From assembly GCA_027031765.1 (NCBI GenBank), contig JALVPN010000040.1, positions 21,255-53,254 of the forward strand: DNA of 32,000 bases. Direction: 5' to 3'. This DNA is from Promethearchaeota archaeon (GTDB lineage: Archaea > Asgardarchaeota > Thorarchaeia > Thorarchaeales > Thorarchaeaceae). The notes under the pieces are model-generated. The model did not search any database. It was not told where the DNA came from and worked only from the letters and a program-made list of their open reading frames with translations. Position 1 is the stretch's first letter. Every line of letters starts with the position of its first letter. The position numbers and the translations under genes are program-made. This document shows positions 18,752 to 27,340 of the stretch, in pieces.

Positions 18752-18904
18752 TCGAGTGGCACCACCGACAGGCAGTTCTGGTGCCAGACGCCTGGTCGGC
18801 CATAAGAAACTGTCGTTCTGAACGAAGAGGTGCCAGTGCGCACAACGCTAATATGCGGGACCGTGTCCGGAGGCGCACCCAAACTCTGGCCTTGGTGATA
18901 GTAG

Positions 18905-19567
18905 TTGGAACAGTCACTCGTCATAATAAAGCCCGACGGCGTTGTGAGAAGAAGAGTCGGTGCACTCGTGATTGATGCCCTGCTCAAGAGAGGATATTCT
19001 GTCAAGGCGTTCAAGGAGATGGTGGTGTCGGACGCACTTGCCAAGATGCACTATGCAGTACATAAGGACAAGCCGTTCTTTCCTTGGCTCGTGGAGTTCA
19101 TAACCTCTGCGCCCGTGGTCGCGATAATCCTTGAAGGGGAAGGTGTCATTGAAGGGGTACGGGAGGCATTGGGAGCAACCTTTGTGCAGAAGGCTGCACC
19201 AGAGAGCCTGCGCGGGCGGTACGGGATATGGGCGGGTGTGAACATAGCACACGCCTCGGACGGCCCAGACACAGCTGCCGAAGAGATTGCACTATGGAAG
19301 AGGGAGGCCGGACTCGAAGAGGAGGCCGGTGCTGAGGAGAAGGCAAGAGAGTACATCGGACGGTACATACATGGAGAGACCGACTACACAGGCGAAATCC
19401 GGGCCATCGTTAGAGATGCCATCGCGAAAAAGGACACTTCAGAGGGTGTCCTCAAGAAACTTGAAGAGCTACTCTCGAAGGACGCGGATGACATTCCTCA
19501 AGACAGTGTGAGGAGACTGGCAAGGGTAATCTTTGACTTCATACACGAGGAGGTCGAAAAGGCCTGA
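18905..19567 (+). CDS. ndk: Nucleoside diphosphate kinase with a C-terminal extension of about 80 aa
   Basis: IIKPDGV, HYAVHKDKPFF, SLRGRYG, NIAHASD (phospho-His); TTG start after GGTGA. Confidence 0.93.
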   Translation: MEQSLVIIKPDGVVRRRVGALVIDALLKRGYSVKAFKEMVVSDALAKMHYAVHKDKPFFPWLVEFITSAPVVAIILEGEGVIEGVREALGATFVQKAAPESLRGRYGIWAGVNIAHASDGPDTAAEEIALWKREAGLEEEAGAEEKAREYIGRYIHGETDYTGEIRAIVRDAIAKKDTSEGVLKKLEELLSKDADDIPQDSVRRLARVIFDFIHEEVEKA

Positions 19568-19615
19568 GCACGGGCATAGATGGTCGGAATAGATGAGAGA
19601 GCTCAGTCGGCCCTC

Positions 19616-19813
19616 TCATCGCGGTTTCCCGCCCTTCTGGAAGTGGGCACTCCACTTCGTCCGACGGGGCTTCATCTTCCTCCTGAGCAATGCGGCCTTG
19701 CATTTGTTGGAGCAGAACCATAGCACAGCCCCGTCCTTCGTGCGCACGAAGGCAGAACCGGTGCCGGGCTCGATGTCCCGCCCACAAAAGACACACTTAT
19801 GGATGCCGACCAA
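19616..19813 (-). CDS. rpl24e: 50S ribosomal protein L24e
   Basis: CVFCGRDIEPGTG, FCSNKC, KPRRTKWS. Confidence 0.96.
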   Translation of the reverse strand: MVGIHKCVFCGRDIEPGTGSAFVRTKDGAVLWFCSNKCKAALLRRKMKPRRTKWSAHFQKGGKPR

Positions 19814-19815
19814 TG

Positions 19816-20046
19816 CTAACGCCTCCTCATCTTCCGGGCCTCACGCTCGGTCTCGCGGAGTATCAGTATGTCACCCAGTCGCACAGGGCCCTTCACATTG
19901 CGTGTGAGGACGCGACCCTTGTCCCGGCCCTCCAGTATCTTCACCCGCACCTGAGTGATCTCCCCGGTGACGCCGGTGCGACCGAGGAGTTGGATGACTT
20001 CGGCCGGGATGGCGGGGGTCCGTGACTCCTCATCTCGCTTGCTCAT
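19816..20046 (-). CDS. rps28e: 30S ribosomal protein S28e
   Basis: [35 protein letters not shown]. Confidence 0.97.
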   Translation of the reverse strand: MSKRDEESRTPAIPAEVIQLLGRTGVTGEITQVRVKILEGRDKGRVLTRNVKGPVRLGDILILRETEREARKMRRR

Positions 20047-20064
20047 AGAAACACCCTCATTTCA

Positions 20065-20436
20065 CTATGCGCGGAGAGCCGCAATCTTCTCAACTATGTC
20101 GGCTACAAGGTCTTTGGCCTTGCCCTCGACGACTATTGCAGCTGCAGCAGTGGGACGACTGATGCCTGCTGCTGCACCGAGATCCTTCTTACTGGGCACG
20201 AATATGTAGGGCGTTTTCCGGTCGTCACACAGACCTGGCAGATACATAATAATCTCGGACGGGTCGACATCCTCGGCAACGAGGACAAGACGGGCAATAC
20301 CACGCTCAATGGACTTTGTAGCCTCATTGATGCCCTTCTTAATCCGGCCCGTTTCGCGCGCGATTTCCAGTGCCTCAAGTGCTTTCTTCTGGAGTTCCTC
20401 TGTGGGCTCCCAGTCGATGAATGGTGGTCTTGGCAT
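20065..20436 (-). CDS. rpl7ae: 50S ribosomal protein L7Ae
   Basis: GRIKKGINEATKSIERG, AEDVDP, LGAAAG. Confidence 0.97.
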   Translation of the reverse strand: MPRPPFIDWEPTEELQKKALEALEIARETGRIKKGINEATKSIERGIARLVLVAEDVDPSEIIMYLPGLCDDRKTPYIFVPSKKDLGAAAGISRPTAAAAIVVEGKAKDLVADIVEKIAALRA

Positions 20437-20524
20437 GTGTTTCTACCTCTGTTTGCACTTCATTGGTATGGAACTACCGCTACAGCAGTGTTCCCCATGC
20501 GCGACTGGGTAGCCTCTTTTAAAA
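20437..20524 (-). promoter_or_regulatory. Putative rpl7ae promoter and structured leader
   Basis: TTTTAAAA at 20517-20524; hairpin GGAAC-ACUGC-UGUA-GCGGU-A-GUUCC (20494-20470); GAGGT before the ATG. Confidence 0.5.
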
Positions 20525-20635
20525 CTGTCGAAGTGCCGGTTTCAGGAGTCTGCTGTGCAGTCCGCGTCTGAAACGCTGCCCAGTTCGCACGGACTCACCC
20601 ATCAGGTCGAACGGATGTGCATGTGCTGGCAGTGC

Positions 20636-21634
20636 CTAGTCGAGATAACCGAGCATGGCGAGTGCCTTTTGGACTTGGGAGTCAGTAACAGGCAGGTGTT
20701 CAAGGATCGAGTAACGCCCACGTCGTTTCATAAGGGCAAGTGCATGGTGTATGTCGTCTAGGAATGTGGATTCAGACAGTGATAGGTCCTCCAAGGTAGT
20801 AGGGAGACCGTGCGCCCGCATGGCCTCACGCACGGGCTGTGGGCCATAGAGATGGTACCCGGACTCGGAGAGAAAGTAGGTGCATAGGGGAGTGGCAAAG
20901 GCAACCTGAATGCCGTGCAGCTCTACACCCCGGCGATCCATTGCGTGGGAGATTGCATGTTCAGTACCCGAACATGGCCGTGAACTCCCGAACATCTGCA
21001 TGGCAATTCCAGCGTGAACCTCTGCACGGACGAGAGTTTCCAGACTGGAGTCATTGAGCACACTGTCAAGTGCAGAGAGGACGAGGTCGTAGACATGCTG
21101 GTCGAAAGGTTCGCCATGGTGCTCATGGGCCAGCTGCCACTCTGCAAGGCTCGACGCCTTGGACAAGATGTCACCCATACCAGCAAGGCGTAGCTTCTTG
21201 GGGGCGGAGGCAATCATTTTGAGGTCTGCAACAACAACTATCGGGCCCTTACAACGTGCGGAGTACCTGTAGCCGTTGTGCTGGACGGAGGCAACATCAC
21301 TCGCAATACCATCATGGGACGCAGCAGTGGGGACGGATATCCAGTCGAGTCCCGAGTTTCTTGCCATGAGTTTGGCAGCATCAATGCTCCGTCCACCACC
21401 GAGGCCAAGGATTATATCGGCACCAGAGGGGAGTGTCTGGTTCACATCGACCCCCTCGGGAACAAGAACCCACTGAGTGGTAGCATCAATAATGGACTCG
21501 ATTGTGGATCCATAAAGAGACCTGACCACGGGGTCGGTGACGATGATTACACTTCGATAGTCAGCAAGGATTCCCTGTAGTTCTGATAACACACCATCTC
21601 CAATCAAGACCCTTGGGAGGTGTGCACCAGTCAT
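20636..21634 (-). CDS. egsA: sn-glycerol-1-phosphate dehydrogenase
   Basis: GLGGGRSIDAAK, VPTAASHDGIAS, GMGD, SRPCSGTEHAISH, LHGIQV. Start ATG 21634. Confidence 0.85.
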   Translation of the reverse strand: MTGAHLPRVLIGDGVLSELQGILADYRSVIIVTDPVVRSLYGSTIESIIDATTQWVLVPEGVDVNQTLPSGADIILGLGGGRSIDAAKLMARNSGLDWISVPTAASHDGIASDVASVQHNGYRYSARCKGPIVVVADLKMIASAPKKLRLAGMGDILSKASSLAEWQLAHEHHGEPFDQHVYDLVLSALDSVLNDSSLETLVRAEVHAGIAMQMFGSSRPCSGTEHAISHAMDRRGVELHGIQVAFATPLCTYFLSESGYHLYGPQPVREAMRAHGLPTTLEDLSLSESTFLDDIHHALALMKRRGRYSILEHLPVTDSQVQKALAMLGYLD

Positions 21635-21780
21635 GACTTCAACTCCTACCTGAACCGGCCGGAGCAACGGGCTTCTAAACCCTTCGACACAGCACCTAGC
21701 AGTAAGACGCCTGTGATACTCCAGCTATTATGCGGTACGAGAGATGCATTGCCCAAACACTCATGTTGGAGCCAGCTGAG

Positions 21781-22278
21781 ATGACCCAGTACGTAAAGGT
21801 TGCACTAATGGGTGCGGGCTATGCAGGCAAGTCCACACTGATCAAACTCCTCACAGACAACGTCACGAAGCTGAAATGCAACTACTCGCCGACTGTGGGG
21901 ATGGACTGTGGTACGATAACACTGGACGACGACACCAAGATATCGCTAGTCGAAATGGGCGGACAAGAACACTTCGAGTTCATGTGGCCCGATCTGATTA
22001 GGGGGAGCAGGATGGTCGTCGTTGTCACTGAGAGTACTCCAAAGGCAGTCCTGAAGACGAGACAGCTCCTTGAGAAGTATAGGGAGTACCTGACAGGCAT
22101 GCAGGTGATTGCAATTGCCAACAAACAGGACCTGCCAGGCTCCATGAAGCCAGAGTCGGTCCAGGATTTGCTTGGGGTACCTACATACGGGATGGTCGCA
22201 ATAGACCCGAAGCAGAGAGTCAACGGGTACCGCCTGATAGTGAGTGGTCTGAGGGACATGGTAAAGGTGGCCTCATAG
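21781..22278 (+). CDS. Small Ras-superfamily (Arf/Rab-like) GTPase with a variant G3 motif
   Basis: G1 GAGYAGKS, G2 PTVG, G3 EMGGQ, G4 NKQD. Start ATG 21781 preferred. Confidence 0.88.
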   Translation: MTQYVKVALMGAGYAGKSTLIKLLTDNVTKLKCNYSPTVGMDCGTITLDDDTKISLVEMGGQEHFEFMWPDLIRGSRMVVVVTESTPKAVLKTRQLLEKYREYLTGMQVIAIANKQDLPGSMKPESVQDLLGVPTYGMVAIDPKQRVNGYRLIVSGLRDMVKVAS

Positions 22279-22650
22279 CAGAAACAAGACATCGACTGGA
22301 ACGGGAACGACCGTTGCGGGGCAGGTACGACACCACAGCGACAGCGACTGCCGGGTAGGACTGCAGTCAGGCCACGCATGGTTGTGGCGCGCTCCGGACA
22401 CAGGGCCGCTCCTTAGTATAACAGGTGCTACTGGTGCGGTAGCGAGTGGCAGCTACGCCCATAGAAAAGGGGTGGCACGGGGCACGGGCTGACAGGGGGC
22501 TATGGACGGACACAGTAGGAGCCGAAGGGACTCGCGAAACAGGCGTATCCGGGTCAGGTAGGAGGGATGTAGCCATAGGAACAACTTCTGTGCATCATAG
22601 TAGGAGGGCTGGCGACCGGTGAAAGGGCCACTCAAGGGCCACATAACCAA

Positions 22651-22786
22651 ACCCTTTTATGCGGTCTGGATTGATACTGGGCCAACCCAAGACACGGGCG
22701 AGTGAGTCAGGTCTGGCTGCCTGGCGAGTCCGTTCGGGAAACGTGTCTTTTGGGTAAGGGCCTTCGTCCGCAGGACAGGTGATGTG
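22651..22786 (+). promoter_or_regulatory. rpoD operon promoter and ~100 nt structured leader
   Basis: TTTTAT at 22655-22660; stem ACCCAAGACACG (22685-22696) / CGTGTC-TT-TTGGGT (22742-22755); AGGTGA before the start. Confidence 0.6.
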
Positions 22787-23587
22787 ATGGAAGTCAGAAT
22801 CGTCCATAAGACCGAGAACGAAGTCCACTTCTTGGTCGAGGGGATTAATGCCGCCTTTGCAAATGCACTACGGAGAACCATGCTCACAAGACTTCCCACG
22901 ATGGTTATAGATGAAGTACTGATTCTCGAGAACACGAGCGTCATGTATGATGAGGTGCTAGCCCACAGACTTGGACTCGTCCCACTGGTCACCGACCTCA
23001 CCTCATACAACCTACCGGACGAGTGCGACTGCGAGGGGAAAGGGTGCAGCCTCTGTCAGTGCACCCTGACACTGGAAGTTGAGGCAGGAGACGAGGAACG
23101 AGTGGTGTACTCACGGGACCTCAACTCCCAGAACCCGAAGATAGTGCCGGCGGCTGACAACATCCCGCTCGTGAAACTCGCCCCTCATCAATGTCTAATC
23201 ATTGAGGCGTATGCACGACTGGGGACGGGACGAGAGAACGCAAAGTTCCAACCAGTAGCAACAGTAGCATACAAGAACGTCCCGATTGTGAGCGTGGACA
23301 AGTCAAAATGTGACATGTGCGGTGCCTGCATAGATGTATGTCCCAAGAGAATCCTCTGGAACGATGGGGGGACACTTGCCACACAGAACACACTTGACTG
23401 CAGTCTATGTGAGATATGCGTCAAGTCCTGCGAGGTGGGGGCCATTACGATTGACTACAAAAAGGACACATTTCTGTTCAAGGTCGAGTCCACGGGTGCG
23501 CTGCCGCCGGTGGAGATTGTGGAGCGAGCAGCAGAGATCCTGAAGGAGCGGATTCAGATAGCACTTGACTTTGCAAACTCGCTTTGA
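22787..23587 (+). CDS. rpoD: RNA polymerase subunit D (Rpo3) with a ferredoxin-like domain
   Basis: ANALRR, LAHRLGLVP, CDCEGKGCSLC, GTGRENAKFQP, CDMCGACIDVCP, CSLCEICVKSC, FKVESTG. Confidence 0.97.
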   Translation: MEVRIVHKTENEVHFLVEGINAAFANALRRTMLTRLPTMVIDEVLILENTSVMYDEVLAHRLGLVPLVTDLTSYNLPDECDCEGKGCSLCQCTLTLEVEAGDEERVVYSRDLNSQNPKIVPAADNIPLVKLAPHQCLIIEAYARLGTGRENAKFQPVATVAYKNVPIVSVDKSKCDMCGACIDVCPKRILWNDGGTLATQNTLDCSLCEICVKSCEVGAITIDYKKDTFLFKVESTGALPPVEIVERAAEILKERIQIALDFANSL

Positions 23588-23597
23588 GGTGGCAACA

Positions 23598-23960
23598 ATG
23601 GTTAGAGCAGGTTCAACGAATCCCAACACGCGAGCGCTAGTAAATGCACTCAGACGGGCCTCTGTGAAACACAACGCCCGTATCTGGCGAAGAGTAGCAG
23701 AGCTGATTGAGCGCCCTGCACGAAAGCGTGCGACAGTGAATGTCGGAAAGATAGGACGCCACACTCGTGCAGGGGATGTAGTAGTAGTGCCAGGAAAAGT
23801 GTTGGGTGCCGGGACAATCCCACACAGTGTCACCGTCGCTGCCCTCAACGCATCAGCAACGGCAAGGTCACTGATAGTTGGCGCAGGTGGCTCACTGATT
23901 TCGATAGGAGAACTGTTGGACAAGCACCCAAAGGGGACTGGGGTTACGATTATCATATGA
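23598..23960 (+). CDS. rpl18e: 50S ribosomal protein L18e
   Basis: STNP, IWRRVAE, VNVGKI, VVPGKVLG. Confidence 0.96.
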   Translation: MVRAGSTNPNTRALVNALRRASVKHNARIWRRVAELIERPARKRATVNVGKIGRHTRAGDVVVVPGKVLGAGTIPHSVTVAALNASATARSLIVGAGGSLISIGELLDKHPKGTGVTIII

Positions 23961-23970
23961 GGTGTAGTGG

Positions 23971-24423
23971 ATGGACGATAGCACGGTGAAAGTGTTTGAT
24001 GCGACAGGAATGGTAGTAGGACGACTGGCGTCGAAGGTGGCAAAGGCTGCGCTAATGGGGGCCCACGTGGTCATTGTCAACTGCGAGAAGGCGGTCATTA
24101 CCGGTCGTCGTCGGACAGTCATCGATGCGTTCAAAGAGAAACGCAATATCCGTACATCATACAACCCACGGAGGGGGCCGTTCCATCAGCGCAGGCCGGA
24201 CAGGCTCGTGCGCAGAATGATTAGAGGGATGTTGCCGTGGCCAACCCCGCGTGGCAAGGCCGCATACCGGCGCATAAGGGTGTACATAGGCGTCCCCGAC
24301 GAGTACAAGGATGCAGACATGATTGTACTGGAGGGGGCAAGGTACCGGAGCCTCAAGCAGAAGTTCATCACGGTTGAAGACCTCAGTCATGAACTGGGAT
24401 GGCGGAGTCCGGAGGTGGCGTGA
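23971..24423 (+). CDS. rpl13: 50S ribosomal protein L13
   Basis: DATGMVVGRLAS, VNCEKAVITG, IRGMLP. Confidence 0.97.
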   Translation: MDDSTVKVFDATGMVVGRLASKVAKAALMGAHVVIVNCEKAVITGRRRTVIDAFKEKRNIRTSYNPRRGPFHQRRPDRLVRRMIRGMLPWPTPRGKAAYRRIRVYIGVPDEYKDADMIVLEGARYRSLKQKFITVEDLSHELGWRSPEVA

Positions 24424-24424
24424 C

Positions 24425-24823
24425 ATGCGAGTGGTGGTGAGTGTTGGGAAGAGAAAGACGAGCATAGCAAAGGCCACAATAAAGGAGGGGCGTGGGCGTG
24501 TGCGGATCAATGGGCACCCGCTTGAGATACACGAGCCAGAAGTCGCACGCCTGCGGATTATGGAGGCACTGCTCCTGTTTGGAGAGGGATGGAAGAAGTA
24601 TGACATCCGTGTCCGTGTCCGTGGCGGCGGGTTCATGAGCCAGGCCGACGCGGTGAGGATGGCCATTGCAACGGGGCTCATCCGGATCAGTCAGGACTAT
24701 GAGGTGCGGTCACGGATGCTTGAGCATGACAGGACAATGTTGGTTGGCGACCCGCGTCGTACCGAACCGAAGAAGTTCGGAGGGCCGTCGGCACGCTCCC
24801 GGTATCAGAAGTCATACAGGTGA
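24425..24823 (+). CDS. rps9: 30S ribosomal protein S9
   Basis: [30 protein letters not shown]. Confidence 0.97.
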   Translation: MRVVVSVGKRKTSIAKATIKEGRGRVRINGHPLEIHEPEVARLRIMEALLLFGEGWKKYDIRVRVRGGGFMSQADAVRMAIATGLIRISQDYEVRSRMLEHDRTMLVGDPRRTEPKKFGGPSARSRYQKSYR

Positions 24824-24830
24824 GTCCAAG

Positions 24831-25046
24831 ATGATAATCCCAGTGCGCTGTTTCACATGTGGAAAGGTCGTTGCCGACAAATACGAGGAGTTCAACAGGC
24901 GCGTACAACACGGGGAAGACCCGGCCGAGGTGCTCGACGACCTAGGCCTGAAACGCTACTGTTGCCGTAGAATGCTGTTGTCACACATAGACATCATTGA
25001 TAGCTTCATGGCTTTCGCAACCGTAGAGCCTACGGAGGGCAGTTGA
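24831..25046 (+). CDS. rpoN: RNA polymerase subunit N (Rpo10)
   Basis: [23 protein letters not shown]. Confidence 0.97.
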   Translation: MIIPVRCFTCGKVVADKYEEFNRRVQHGEDPAEVLDDLGLKRYCCRRMLLSHIDIIDSFMAFATVEPTEGS

Positions 25047-25048
25047 TA

Positions 25049-25684
25049 ATGAGCGAAGGAGAGATTGCAGAAGTCGACCTGCTGACACCAATGGACAAGT
25101 ATCTGGCCGCAGGGTGCCACATCGGGACACAGGTGAAGACGCAAGACATGAGCCCATTCGTCTACCGCCAGAGACCGATTGGGCTGTATGTGCTCGATGT
25201 GAGGAAGACTGACGAGCGGATCCGGATTGCGGGCCGCTTCATTGCAAGGTTCGACCCGGACAAGGTCGTTGTGGTGTCAGGGCGGGTGTATGGCAAGCGC
25301 CCCGTAATGTCGTTTGCACGGTACACTGGGGCCCATGCTTTTACTGACAGGTTCATCCCAGGAACCTTGACGAACCCAAACATCGCCGGGCCCCGGGACT
25401 ACGTTGAACCCGAACTGGTAATACTGACAGATCCACGGACTGACCAGCAGGCACTGAACGAGGCATCAAGGATTGGTGTGCCGGTTATTGCACTGTGTGA
25501 CACGGACAACGTTACGACCAACGTTGACCTCGTAATCCCGTCCAACAACCGGGGCAGGAAGGCACTGGCACTAGTGTATTTCCTCCTCACTCAACAGGTT
25601 TTGAGGGAGAGAGGTGAAATCCCAATGGACGGGACCGTGCCGTTCACCCCAGAGGACTTCGAGCCCCAGATCCAGAGGTTCTAA
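25049..25684 (+). CDS. rps2: 30S ribosomal protein S2
   Basis: [35 protein letters not shown]. Confidence 0.97.
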   Translation: MSEGEIAEVDLLTPMDKYLAAGCHIGTQVKTQDMSPFVYRQRPIGLYVLDVRKTDERIRIAGRFIARFDPDKVVVVSGRVYGKRPVMSFARYTGAHAFTDRFIPGTLTNPNIAGPRDYVEPELVILTDPRTDQQALNEASRIGVPVIALCDTDNVTTNVDLVIPSNNRGRKALALVYFLLTQQVLRERGEIPMDGTVPFTPEDFEPQIQRF

Positions 25685-25762
25685 TGGGCATGATCCTACA
25701 TGATGTGCGGGCATGCCGGACAACAGCCCAGTCGCACTACCGGCGACAACCCACTCGGGGCC

Positions 25763-26155
25763 CTACTCTAGGATTGAAACGACACCGTTGTCAGCGTCTA
25801 CTTCGACATTCTGACCGGTACGGATTTTCTCGACGGGTACCGAGTCCACGGTGGGGATTTCGCTGATGATGCTCCCCACCGCGACCACAGGGTCGGTCTC
25901 GCGGTTCACAATAGCAAGGGGAGCGCGTCCTGCCTTCTTCAGGGCATATAGGACGTAGGAACCCACTGTCGACCCCTTGCCCGTGGGAAACACCAAGACC
26001 TTTCCGGCCACCGACTTCCCTTCAAGCTCGTGGCCCTTCTCAACAATCACTCCGGTCTCGGGGTCACACCCACCATAGAACGAGATGTCGTGGGAGGTGA
26101 CAAGCGCCTCACCGACAACCTTCCCCTTGCAGATCTTGCGTCCTCTGAACCTCAT
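25763..26155 (-). CDS. Aconitase X swivel subunit (DUF126), probable phosphomevalonate dehydratase small subunit
   Basis: ISFYGGCDPETG, HEL, GKGSTVGSY. Confidence 0.9.
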   Translation of the reverse strand: MRFRGRKICKGKVVGEALVTSHDISFYGGCDPETGVIVEKGHELEGKSVAGKVLVFPTGKGSTVGSYVLYALKKAGRAPLAIVNRETDPVVAVGSIISEIPTVDSVPVEKIRTGQNVEVDADNGVVSILE

Positions 26156-27339
26156 GATGTTGCCTCCCGTAGACATTCCTCCACATCCCTAATGATGGTC
26201 TTGAAGGCGTTCTTTCCTCGGGCATAGAAACATGCCTTTGCAGAGTCGGTCATCAGCCCATGAAAACGGCCCTTCAGTGGGGCCACCGCACAGCACGCAT
26301 CACTGACAAGAAACGCACCTGCTCGTTCAATCGTTTCGTAGTAGCCCATCTTGATTGCAAGGTCTTTCGTAGGCCGGGCAGTGGTAATCCAGACGGTCTT
26401 GCCCTCAGCCACCTGCTTGCCATCGAGGAGCTCAGCAATCCGTGCAATCTCTTTGATGCTCGCGTGCGGACAGCCAATGCTTATGAAGTCAATCTCAGCG
26501 CCCTCATCGTCAAGCTCTTCCCGCGCACGATCCATGTCGTCTTGAGCAACGGTCCCCACATCGTCTGGGACTGGTGTCCTGTTCGGAGTTATGCCCTCCA
26601 TATGGAACAGGGCCACGCCACCGTACGTGGCCACGGAGGCACAGAATGCTTTCAGTTCTTCAGTTGTGGCGTGCAGGATGCCGCGGATATAGGGAATCTT
26701 CTTGCGGGTCCGCGCGCCTATGACCTGCCCTAAGAGACCAAAGTCATCAGTGCCGTTGAGCTCGGCCTCCACCTCGTAGGTGACCTGAGCGAGGCGGTTC
26801 TTGTCCAGATGAAGGCCGTATTCAGCAGTCCGGCCGGTCAGTGCGGCTGCCAGCGCACTCGGCCCACCCTCACGGTTGGTCCTGGCCCCAATCACAGAGT
26901 TTGCAAAGCACACGGCAGACGACTCGGCCCACGCGATGTGTTCACCATAGTGGGGGAGGTTACCAATCAAGTAGGGAGTGCATGTACAGGTTGTGATTAC
27001 ACCCATTGCAGCAAACGCATCAATCACGCGTTGCTGGTTCCTTGCAAACTCCTCACTGATGCCGTGTTTCTTCCACTCCTCCAGGTCCATTCCGGCGGGG
27101 TTCAGGGTCGTGAGAACACGCACTCTCCCATCTTGCGCCATCTCGGCGAGGTACTCCAGGCCGGCCTCGCCAAGGTTGTGATAGGACACGCCAGCAATCT
27201 GAACACTGGACACAGGGATGAGGCGTTCTGCACCGTAGATCTCTCCGAGGGCGGTTATTATTTCCATGGCCTTCTGTGTAGCACGTCCCTGCTTCCCGTC
27301 AAGCATCTCCTGTTCTTCACGTGTGAGTTCCAGCACCAT
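26152..27339 (-). CDS. Aconitase X catalytic subunit (DUF521), probable phosphomevalonate dehydratase large subunit
   Basis: TTLNPAG, TCTCTPY, AWAESSA, NSVIGARTN, GCPHAS, DACC, DSAK; GGTGA before ATG 27339. Confidence 0.9.
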   Translation of the reverse strand: MVLELTREEQEMLDGKQGRATQKAMEIITALGEIYGAERLIPVSSVQIAGVSYHNLGEAGLEYLAEMAQDGRVRVLTTLNPAGMDLEEWKKHGISEEFARNQQRVIDAFAAMGVITTCTCTPYLIGNLPHYGEHIAWAESSAVCFANSVIGARTNREGGPSALAAALTGRTAEYGLHLDKNRLAQVTYEVEAELNGTDDFGLLGQVIGARTRKKIPYIRGILHATTEELKAFCASVATYGGVALFHMEGITPNRTPVPDDVGTVAQDDMDRAREELDDEGAEIDFISIGCPHASIKEIARIAELLDGKQVAEGKTVWITTARPTKDLAIKMGYYETIERAGAFLVSDACCAVAPLKGRFHGLMTDSAKACFYARGKNAFKTIIRDVEECLREATS

Positions 27340-27340
27340 C

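Noticed and set aside
22378-22464. Short CxxC peptide frame (MVVARSGHRAAP*YNRCYWCGSEWQLRP) suggesting amber readthrough
   Set aside because: Only about 28 codons, no pyrrolysine context; likely chance.
22697-22730. Eukaryote-like SECIS element (GUGA...GA core)
   Set aside because: The upper helix is only 6 bp, there is no apical AA, it lies in a 5' leader, and no in-frame UGA selenoprotein candidate was found nearby.
22279-22780. RNase P RNA or tRNA upstream of rpoD
   Set aside because: No GAGGAA-x-UCC P4 signature and no valid T-arm or acceptor stem.
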